Source: Eledone cirrhosa
Lineage: Eukaryota
Assembly (NCBI GenBank): GCA_964016885.1
Contig: OZ024742.1
Location: forward strand, 21,390,001-21,454,000
Length of the DNA: 64,000 bases
Reading direction: 5' to 3'
The notes under the pieces are model-generated. The model saw only the letters and a program-made list of their open reading frames with translations, did no database searches and was not told the origin of the DNA. The first letter of the stretch is position 1. Each line of letters starts with the position of its first letter. The translations under genes were made by a program, and so were the position numbers. Positions 52,748 to 64,000 of this stretch are shown one piece after another.

Positions 52748-53686
52748 CATAAATAGATACATATAAACATGCACACATATATCATATATACATTTACAGA
52801 CATATACATACGCACAGGGACGGCCACATGCAGACACATGCACATATGCATATTTGCCTACACACACATGCTTGCACATATAGATATATAAACAAAACCG
52901 TAAAATAAAAATAAAAATATATAATAAAAAACACACTCAGCCACATATGTACATACATGTACTTGCATGCACACACGCGCTTATAAGCTCATGCATATAC
53001 GTACACATACATACACACCCCATACACACCTACGTATATATATATATCTACATACACACATACATACATATACCTACGCGCAGGTCTACACATAAAAACA
53101 CACATATAAACACAATAGGATAATAAAATAAAATAAATAAATTTACAATATTTCAAAATACATTAAAATCTGTATGTAACTTCAGAAAGAGATAAATAAA
53201 AAACGGGGGGGGGGGTACAGGAGAAGGTGCGTGTATCCATGTGATATACTACACACAGGTACTATGAGGTGCAAACTTAGGTCCGTATATGGAACAAGTA
53301 ACAATAACAAAACAATAATAACAGTAATAATAATTGTTCCAAGGTGGAACATGTGGAGAGTATATAGTCACGATTGACGCGGTACACATTCAAGGGGGCG
53401 CTTGGCCCGGTCACCATGAAGTATGCCACCGTGGCTGGGTGTGGTGTTCTATATGTTTGGGGTATTGGACCGGACGACCGTGAACCACGTGTGCCGGTCC
53501 CGGCCTATATATACGTGGGTGTGTATGGGGGTGAGTATGTAGGCATATGTACGTATATGCATGAGCTTATAAGCGTGTGTGTGCATGCATGTACATGTAT
53601 GTACATTTATGGCTGAGTGTCTATATATATATGTATATATATGTACGTATAGCTGCGTATGAGTATGTGTGTGTATGTGGGAGCGT

Positions 53687-53723
<37 letters not shown>

Positions 53724-55408
53724 TATGTATATGTGGGTCTCTATATGTATGCGTATTTATGTGTGTATATATATATATGTGTACATCTCACAGGAATGTG
53801 TACGGATGGATTATATATTCTATTATATTTTATTATTATTATTATTATTATTATTTTATCATATATCCATTATATATATCCGTATATGTATGTATGAATA
53901 TGTGTGCATGTATATATATATATGTATATTATATTGTATACTATATTGATATATTATTTTATGTTTTGTTATTTTACTGTTATTTTATGGTATATTGTGT
54001 TTTTATTATATATTGTATTTTTATTTTACGGTTTTGTTTATATATGTATATGTGGAAGCGTGTAAACAAATATGCATAAGTGCATGTGGCCGTCCCTGTG
54101 CGTATGTATATGTATATAAATGTATATATGTATGCATGTATATATGTATGTATATATGTGGGTGTGCGTATGCATGTAGAGTTTTATATATATATATGTG
54201 TGTATGCATGTGTGTATGTAGTTATGTGTACGTATGTGTATTTTGTATGTATGTATGTGTATGTATATATATATATATGTATATATATATGTATATATAT
54301 ATACATGTGTATAAGGTTGTGCATAGGTACGTGTGCGCGCGTATGTGTGTGTATATGTGTATGTTTGCGTGGGTCTGTGTACACATATGGACATATGTGC
54401 CTATAAGTTTCTATGTGTATGTCCGTGTATACATGTGTATGTGTATGTATGGGTGCGTATGTATATATGTATATGTGTATATGTGGGTGCCTGCATACGT
54501 GTGTATATGTGTGTGTGTGTCTATGTACACAAACACATATAAATAAAAATATATATATATATGTTGTGAGTATCTGTCAGTGGGTGTGTGTGTTTGTGGG
54601 CGCGTACGTACAGCCACATAGAACAGGATTTGTCTATGTGTGTATATACGGCTGTATATAAACGTGTGTGTATACAGACGTGTGTGTCTGCGCGTGTCTG
54701 CGCGTTTGCGTGCGTGTAGGACCGGATGTATGGCGCGGTTTAGGCAGGCACTAATAGGCTTGTGGCGGTCGGTATCTAGAAGTGGGTGTGCCTGGGTTTA
54801 TGGAAGCGAGGGAGAGCGTGTGCGTGTATATATGTGCATGGGGGTATGTGTGTCTACACATGTATGCGTACATATGTGTATGCACGCATGTGTCTGTGCC
54901 TGTCCGTGTGTGTATATGTGTGTATGTGTGGGTACATACTCTGGAGTGTGAACAGACGTGTAAGATACCGAACCCAGCATGACTTCATTGAAGTGTGTCG
55001 GACGGAAAATGGCTGATGACCCGTCTAGCAGTAAATAGATGACGTACAATAACGACAGCCAATGGCGCGACAAGATTGGAAGATGTTTTTTGAGGGTGTT
55101 TTTGACGATAACACCCCAGTGAGAAAATTTGCTCCGAACGAACTACCCGTGTCCGAAGGAACCTGCAGCCGTAGAATCAGTCAGATCCATACAGTGATCA
55201 TGTCTCGAGCTACCTGCCGGCGAAACAATTGTAACACGCAATAAACTGAGTCCAGGTGCATCACTGATTTTTCGTTTTTTATACTATATATATATATATA
55301 AATTTATTGAAGTTTCCGTTGAAAATTGAAAAAGTCATAGGAGTGAAGAGTGCTCTATGTAAGTACCAGAGCTAAATTTAATGTATAATAAACAATACAA
55401 TATAATTA

Positions 55409-55476
55409 CCTCATTACCAGAGGTTTCCCGAATAAGACGAATACAAAAAACGTCCTCATTCGTTCATCGGACAAGG
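55409..55476 (-). ncRNA. Decayed type I hammerhead (CCGAUGA core)
   Basis: CCUUGU-CCGAUGA-..-GAAAC-CUCUG-GUA-AUGAGG. Confidence 0.5.
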
Positions 55477-55984
55477 CAATTTAAAACATAGTGAAATATT
55501 TGAAAAATCTCCTCAAGAAAGGCAAAAGGTTAACGGTAAAAAAAAAAATATAAATAAAAGTAATGCAAGAGATATATAAAAAAATATGGAAATATAGTTA
55601 GGGTATGTGTATAAATGTGTGTATATTCACTCACAAATGTACATATGTTTGTATGTACAAATGCATGTGTATAGTGAAAATGTGTGCGTAAGTACATATA
55701 TGAGGGCAAGCATATCAGTGTATGTGTGACCACAAATACCTATATAATATAAGTTGAAAAAGAAATCGTAAGATAATACAGTTAACATACATCCAGATTC
55801 AGGTATTAAGGAATGAAATATATATACATACAAGTATGAAATCACGAGTCTAAATACACACACACGCGTGATCACATATATACGAATGATATACAGGGAA
55901 GGGAGTGTATTAGTCAAAGGAGTGTCAGTCTGAGGCTCGATACCTGTATAAAAATGAAACAATATATGAGAATGAAATAAATTT

Positions 55985-57480
55985 AAATCTGACTTAGGCA
56001 TAATTAGCAAGCATATACTAAATAGAATTATACCACTGCTTAAAGAAAAATCACACCTTAAACTATGGAACGGTACTAATGAAGTAATAGATTGTTTTAA
56101 AAACATAAAATTAAAACATAAGAAAAAATTCATTCAAATGGATATTGCAAATTACTACTCCTCTATTACCCCTAGCTTACATAATAAGGCAGTTATCTAC
56201 GCTTCCAAATATACAGACCTATCTAGCGAAGAAATGAATATCATTCTAACAGCATGTAACACACTAATAGAATTTAATAACCGTCTCTGGACATGAGCCG
56301 ACAGACAAAACAATTTTGATATCACTATGGGATCATCTGACTCGGCGCAAGTAACAGACCCCGTTGGATTATTTATTAATAATGTACTGCATAGAAAAAT
56401 GCCAGAGCTGACCGGAGGTTTATATCGCGACATGTTACTTTTAATTGAAAACCATAGCAATAGTGAAATTAATAGGAAAAAGAAATCCATAATACAGTTT
56501 TTCAAAAACTACAACCTTAATTTAGAAATCGAGAATAATTACAAAATCGTTAACTTCTTAGATGTAACCATAAACCTTAGCTCAGGTCTTTATTATCCAT
56601 TCCATAAAATTAACGAAAATCTAAATTACGTAAGTTTCCATTCTAATCATCCTAGAAATATTAAAAAAACATTATTGCCAATAGCGTCCAGCAACGGATT
56701 TCACGCATCTCTGCTGATACAAATATTTTTGATGATAAGGCAATGAGGCTTTACATAGAGCAGGATACTCGAATAAAATTAAATACTTAGATAACAATAA
56801 CATGATACATCATCCTAGAATTCATTATAACAACAATAAGCAATTCAACTTAAATAGTAAACCAAACAAAAAAACTAGAACTAGAAATATTATTTGGTCT
56901 TCTCCCCCATTCTCATTAGGCGTTAAAACACCTTTAGCAAAGCTATTTTTCAAAGCACTAGATAAGTGTTTTCCTAACTCCCACATATACCACTCTATTT
57001 TTAACAGACACACTATAAAACTATCCTACTCTACTACTATGAACATAGCACACAATATGAATAGAATTAATAATAGAAACTTAAATTTAAACACTAACCA
57101 AACAAACCAAGATAGCAATAATAATATTTCTAATAACAATATTCATAATAGTACCGATCCTAGTAACAACAACTCCAGAAAATGTAACTGTAGAAAGAAA
57201 TCAAACTGTCCTTTACAAAATAATTGCTTAGACTAAAACGTAATTTATAAATGCATAGTTAAAACTAGAGACAAAATATTTAACTATATAGGTACCACTT
57301 CTACAAAATTCAAAGAGCGCTTGTACAACTACAAACATACATTTAATAGGTCAGATAAAAAATATTTCACTTCACTCTCACATCTAATTTGGAATTTAAA
57401 GGACAACAATATAGACTATTCAATATCTTGCGGAACGATTTCGAAAGCACCTACATACCGAAATATGGCTTTCTCAAGAA
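55985..57480 (+). mobile_element. Decayed Penelope-like (Naiad-type) element, RT + GIY-YIG
   Basis: KSDLGIISK, QMDIANYYSSI, MGSSDSAQV, GLYRD, VNFLDVT, IIWSSPPFS, CNCRKKSNCPLQNNCL and VIYKC..YIGTT..FKER. Confidence 0.9.
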
Positions 57481-57492
57481 TCTGTTATTTGT

Positions 57493-57524
<32 letters not shown>

Positions 57525-58613
57525 TATGAAACCTTATTGAATATTACAATTGTTTCTTAATCTATGTTTTAGATGTAGAATGATACTCTTTAATTGACAT
57601 TCTGAATGATATCCTCTTTACGATACGTCTTCGATATGCACTCCTGACTTATCTAATAATTAATAATACATGTTTTCCTCTCTTTAATCTTCAAGCTTTT
57701 CACACACCTTTCGACGTAAATAATATGTAATTGAAAATTCTTATCCTTGAGAAACATATAATATAAAATACCTTATAATCTCACACAAAATAATATATAA
57801 TTTTCTCTACATACTTTCTGAATAAATAATTCATCAAATTTAATGGTTAGCAAATAATATTGGAGTTATGTTTTCCTTTACAATTGAGCAAACATACACA
57901 TGATAACTAGTATGATAAATTATATAATTTCGCTAAATTAACAATGTTCTGAAATAATTTTGAACGTTGGAACAAAATATTTGAATCTACAAATTGTTCT
58001 TCTCTTACAACTTGAACTACGTCTTTTTCTTAAATATTTATCTTAAATATTTATGTAAAATGTAAAATCAACACCCTTCGTAACTGATATTAGAAATGTA
58101 AACAATTAATACGTGTGGTTTATTTCTATAAAATCACCAATAATACTTATACTTGCACAATTATTAATCTATATAGATATTTATATACTTACAACCTGTT
58201 GCAATGTAATAAGATAAAATGTACTTACAACCATAATTCTTCATTTAATCTAATTGATTATATATATAATATTATTACTCATAATATAGCTAAATAATTT
58301 TTTAAATTCTGGAATCATATTCCCCCGTTCCTACAAACTGTTAATTCTTTTTAAATTCACGTAAATACAAGCTTTTCTTTCTTTCTCTTTCTTCTATCTA
58401 CACATACATATATATATCCTAATAATTATTTAAATCTACCTAGCGTCTAAAAATAACGTTTTTTTTCAGCCCTACACCTCAACCACATTTGCATACTCAT
58501 CTTAATAATTTGAAATATTTGACTTTTCTTCTCTTTCCTCTTACTATCCTGGAAAAACTTGAACCGTTAAGATCTTCTTCCCGGATATGTCAATATTTAT
58601 GAAACAAACTTTG

Positions 58614-58676
58614 TATTTTATCTGATGAGAGTCTACCAAAGTTCTGGTACCCTTGAAATATAAATATAGTAGAATA
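58614..58676 (+). ncRNA. Type I hammerhead (AUA site) just before a (TA)n array
   Basis: UAUUUUAU-CUGAUGA-gag..UACCA/UGGUA..-GAAA-UAUAAAUA-UA-GUAGAAUA. Confidence 0.6.
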
Positions 58677-58819
58677 AATATGGTTTTATATAGTTTCCAT
58701 TTATTCAATATCATTGAATAAATATTATACTCCAGAAAACTGTCGAGTGCTTCGAATCAGTTATAAACATATATATTTGTTGAATTACCAACAAATTAAA
58801 TCCCTTTTGCTTATATATA

Positions 58820-58880
<61 letters not shown>

Positions 58881-58953
58881 TTAAGAATAACATGGTTGGC
58901 AAAACAAACAAGGATATTTATTTATAGTCTTACAATTGTTTCCATGGTAGAAT

Positions 58954-59013
<60 letters not shown>

Positions 59014-59162
59014 AATTAAAATACTAGAGTGTGTTGGAGTTAAACACCCTCTTCATATTATAGAAATGACAGTATAAGATATAGCTCAATGTAATTAAAC
59101 AGAGCCGAAGAATTATAAAAAATAAACCAAAGAAGCCTTCAATACATCAAAAGTCTTTATTA

Positions 59163-59200
59163 GCCAACAATGTTTCGTCCTATTAAGGACTCATCATGGC
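59163..59200 (-). ncRNA. Hammerhead with C3-to-A substitution
   Basis: GCC-AUGAUGA-GUCCU uaau AGGAC-GAAAC-AUU-GUU-GGC. Confidence 0.6.
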
Positions 59201-60861
59201 AAGTAAAGCTACAAGAAGCACTATCGGCCAATACAACCCCAAAACTCAGAAGAATATGGAGTATACATCTATTAAAGCATAGGAAGGATATCAAGGAAAA
59301 GTAGGCTAAGATTAAGAGTGAGCAGTTACAAACATAGATATTGACCAAATAGCAAGGAAGTGATTAACATGTTGAACCCACATTGTAAATATTATATAAT
59401 GCAAAAACTTGAACCACAAATGGTAATATAATGCGAGAATTACAGTACGATATAGAATATAATATAATATAATAGATGGTGATAATAAAAAGCTTAATAT
59501 ATGTATATATATATATATATATATATACATATATACATTAGTACAAACACAAACTAACACTTATTAAGTATTTAAATATATATATATATATTGTATACAG
59601 TATAATATAATAAAGATAAAAATAAGAATAAAGATAAAAATAAAAATAAAATATAATATATAATTCCCTGTCAGTGTGCATAAACAATATAAAAACATTA
59701 TAATAACATTATAATAACAATATTATAATATATTGGCATCAAAAGATATACACAATTACATCATATATATAATTCAAGGTTAACAAATAGTATAAAGTTT
59801 TACACAGGGTAAGAAAAAAATCATATAGAACTAAATTGTGTTGAAAAAATTGTGTTGAAAAAAAATTGTGTTGAAAACGTATCTATACCATTACAACAAA
59901 TACACGGAGGTCAAGTCGTTTTACATTGGCATAAATATTACCAAAATATCACAAAATATTACAAAATATAACAGAACAGTAATTCAAATAACATATATTA
60001 AAATCTATAATACGATTACATAAAAATGATATGATATAACAACGTTAATATCAAATATCAAACAGAGTCTAAGGAAATGTTTAATATATATATTTACGTG
60101 GTTGAGATACACAGACATATATTAATGTGGTAGTAAAAAAATAAATAAAATAAACCGAAGATCGAAAAACAAAAACAAGTATATTTACTTAGGTGTCACA
60201 AGCGGTTAAGTAAAAGAAGAGATAGAAATGTAAGCGGCGAATTGACTAGAAAACCTTTTTAAATTAATTAATATTAAAAGTATTTAAAATACATATTTAG
60301 TCACTTCAAAATTGGCTATAGTTTAAGTCATCAAAAACGTATAAGTTTGAGATATTTCAATAAAATTATCAAGAATAGAGTAAAATATGCTCCGTTCAGT
60401 CGAATAACGTTATCAAATAAAAGGACTCTAAATAGAACTATGGTAGACCAATGGGAACAGAAAGAAGAGAGGTTATGGAGAATAGGAAGGAGCATAAAAG
60501 TAAAATCAATATATTATATAATATCATAAAAGGAGCATAAAGGTGAAATTTATATATAGTATAATAGAAGAGGCGGATATTAAGTGTGTAGAGGAGGAGG
60601 TACATTAGTTGAATGAGACTCCAACCAAAGTATTTAATAAGATATAAACTCATAAGGTGTTAGTAGTGAAACTATAATAATGCTTAAGACGATAGATAGG
60701 GTATGGTAGCCAAAAGACTATGGAAACTAAAATCGAAAAGTTGTAAAAAACTAATAATAATAAAGATATATATAATATATATAATAAAGATATATATATC
60801 CTAATGTTTGTTGAGTGAGATGGGGTTGGTCGGAGTATCGCTTAAGGCTTTCTCTTTTTAT

Positions 60862-60902
<41 letters not shown>

Positions 60903-61442
60903 ATATTAAACACATGCGTAAAGGGTCATACCTGTTGACAGGTGAAAAAAACATTCGATATATATCTATAAATTTGTCAGCAGTTTGACAATAAATCTAA
61001 ATTGACACTTATGTGCATTAAGAAGTATGAAAAATGTTTAACTTTTAGGTTCTATGTTCTGCCTATATGGTTTATAATATCACTCTCACCTATACACTGC
61101 ATAAACATTGTTATCTTGAAATTCATAAGGTTTGCAAGTTATAACAACATTATACTACGGCAAAGCTAAGATGCATGATTGAACAATGGAGCAAATAATT
61201 TCTCGAATTGGATAAATATGACATATTAGTTATAGGTGGATTGTAAACTAACATATCTGGGGAGGTATCGATTAAGAGCTGGGGTCTGATCGCCTGATCA
61301 AATCCGAGCTGATCGATATCGAAACAATTGTAATATTCAATAAGGTTTCATAACAAATCTGACTTCCTATTCTCTCTCTCTCACTCTCTCTCTATCTCTC
61401 TCTCTTTCTCTCTCTCTCTATCTATATATCTATCTCTCTGCC

Positions 61443-61490
<48 letters not shown>

Positions 61491-61492
<2 letters not shown>

Positions 61493-61702
61493 ACAAAGGA
61501 ATTGTGGTAAGGAACCAGATGGACCATAACGCACCAGAGTACTCAATACTTAGGGTAGTAGAGTGGGAAATAGGAAAATGTATGACCTCGACGGCAGAGT
61601 TCATGCCGTTTCGACGGCTATTTCTGGACTAAATTCAATTTAGTCCAGAAATAGCCGTCGAAACGGCTTCAGCTCTGCCGTCGGGGTCATACTTTTTCCT
61701 AT
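61491..61702. mobile_element. Family B fold-back pLTR element containing two hammerhead 3' halves
   Basis: Palindrome about 61570-61702 centred at 61636. GAAA-CGGC..GCCG-UC on the plus strand and a similar half on the minus strand. The CUGAUGA half is absent. Confidence 0.7.
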
Positions 61703-61791
61703 ATATATATGTGTGTCGGATGGTAGCTAAGATACTTCCATAGGCGGTATGCCGCTTGAGCACTCTATGCTCTTACAGAGCAGAGTATGAT

Positions 61792-61931
61792 ATAATATAT
61801 AACGAAAAATCAGTGATGCATCTGAACTTAATTTATTGTGTTACGATTGTTTCGTGTCTCGAGCTGTCTGCCGGCGAAACAATTGTAACACACAATAAAT
61901 TGAGTTCAGATGCATCACTGATTTTTCGTTT

Positions 61932-61940
<9 letters not shown>
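61792..61940. mobile_element. Family C fold-back pLTR terminus (also at about 55200-55285)
   Basis: Inverted arms of about 60 bp with GAAACAAUUGUA-ACAC, ending in (TA)n. Confidence 0.7.
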
Positions 61941-61964
<24 letters not shown>

Positions 61965-62275
61965 AGTCCATTATCATCCATCATCATCTTCTTCATACAG
62001 CTGTATCCTCTCCCAATTGCCACTACCAATATCACTCTCCACCATCACTCTGTTAACCCTGTCTTAATTAACCCTCATCAATTGAATCCAACTTTCCTAC
62101 TTACCGTATTTATACTTATTTATACTCTACCTACTATTGTAACGTTAGTTCTTGTTCGATGAGCTTGTGGTAAACAGGTGAAACTCAAAACTAACAAAAC
62201 TCAATACACATTAACCTTAAAAAATGAATTTTTAACAGATTTTAAATCTCATTTCCTATTTTTTATCCATCACAT

Positions 62276-62343
62276 CTCTGTCTGATGACCAATCCAGACA
62301 TATATTAATATTGTCAGTGATCCAGAAACATTTGGTAATGGAG
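62276..62343 (+). ncRNA. Type I hammerhead (GUA site)
   Basis: CUCUGU-CUGAUGA-..GACA/UGUC..-GAAAC-AUUUG-GUA-AUGGAG. Confidence 0.55.
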
Positions 62344-62418
62344 CAGTTATATTTTGTGTTGATCACTTTCTAATTATATATATATATAATATATATACAC
62401 ACACACTTCCTAGTTATC

Positions 62419-62481
<63 letters not shown>

Positions 62482-63152
62482 ATACAATAACAGAGATAGT
62501 TTAAAGCTAAACTCTGACTGGTAACCATCTCACTCAACAAACATTAGGTTATATGTTAGTATAAACCCAATTTAAGTGTTTGTTATGCTAACTATATGTA
62601 TTTTGTGGAAAGCCAGTTGTATTATTTTATGAGATATAATTAAAGTTAAAATATATCTCTCTTTCCAAACAATTGTTTCATTATAAGTTTTCTACAAATT
62701 AGGAGATTGTTTCCAATTTATGTAGAAACCTAACATATATTCATGTAAGAATATATTTAGGTGGGAGCTTATAAATCATCAGTGGAAGCCCATTAAACTT
62801 TGATATAAGAACAAATTCTTACCGCAGTCAAAAATCGTGTCTGCTAAGCTGCTCCCTCACGCATCGAATGACCGCCAAATTTGAAATTTCAGCAGTTTTT
62901 GACTGAGGAAGTATTATAGCGTCACGAAGCGGGAAGGGGAGACAACCAATACACGAGAAAAGAAAAAATAATATTCACGCGGGTTAATTATTTTTTTCAA
63001 AAACATTATCAATCCAACGTGTTAAGAACTTAATTGAAGTTAAAAAAATAAATGCATGCGTGTATTAATTACACACGCATATAGATATTTTCTTAGGCTA
63101 AAAACAGAAGTCGTACCTGAATAACAAACCACATCTCATTGGAAGTGTGTAA

Positions 63153-63177
<25 letters not shown>

Positions 63178-63184
<7 letters not shown>

Positions 63185-63514
63185 AGATCAAAAGATGGTT
63201 AAAGGAGTTCCATGTATTTTATTATGCGCATTTCAAAAACAAACATCATCATGCAATAATATTTGTGTTTTCATCAGATAAAAAAGGAGAACATGATCTG
63301 AAGGCTAAAAATCACTTGTGGATAGTGCAGTTTTAAATCAACATATATATGTTGATTTAAAACTGCACTATCCACAAGTGTTTTTTAGCCTTCATATCAT
63401 GTTCTCCTGTTTTATCTGATGAAAACACAAATATTATTGCATGATGATGTTTGTTTTTGAAATGCGCATAATAAAATACATGGAACTCCTTTAACCATCT
63501 TCTGATCTTATATT
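63178..63514. mobile_element. Fold-back element (~168-bp arms) with a hammerhead on each strand
   Basis: Palindrome centred near 63346. UGUUUUAU-CUGAUGA-AAAC..GUUU-GAAA-UGCGCA-UA-AUAAAAUA at 63408-63478 (+) and 63215-63284 (-). Confidence 0.82.
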
Positions 63515-63687
63515 ATGTATACTCCAGTCCTACAAACTGTAGAGTGCTTCTTATCCGATATCTGCATTGCTTTATTGTACTACAATAAATCTCACCTCCT
63601 ACATATATATATATATATATATATATGTGTATATATATATTTACACACTTCCAAGTTTTCTTTAATATATATATATATATATATATA

Positions 63688-63987
<300 letters not shown>

Positions 63988-64000
63988 ATTTATATATATA

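Noticed and set aside
55013-55235. CUGAUGA at 55013 pairing with GAAAC at about 55222
   Set aside because: No stem I complementarity. The better partner is the decayed CGUGU-CCGAAGG at about 55148, which pairs with ACACG.

Overview
Gene-free, AT-rich eukaryotic DNA made almost entirely of repeats. The tRNA-derived SINEs and dense (TA)n/(CA)n arrays resemble a cephalopod/octopus-type genome (inference). Bases 1-11.2 kb are a 45-bp minisatellite with nested 360, 1524 and 5520 bp periods. A nearly intact L1/Tx1-clade LINE (11.35-17.17 kb) lies inside an (AGT)n/(ATT)n microsatellite. The rest holds a decayed Helitron (minus strand, about 36.6-41.5 kb), a 5'-inverted RTE LINE, about eight SINEs and at least five Penelope-like (RT/GIY-YIG) relics. 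The main signal the ORF track misses is about 16 type I hammerhead ribozyme motifs with intact cores plus about 10 decayed ones. Most lie in short fold-back or tandem elements inserted into (TA)n tracts, including a non-coding 472-bp retrozyme-like monomer with a textbook hammerhead on both strands. Motifs were read by eye, coordinates are approximate, and no search was run.
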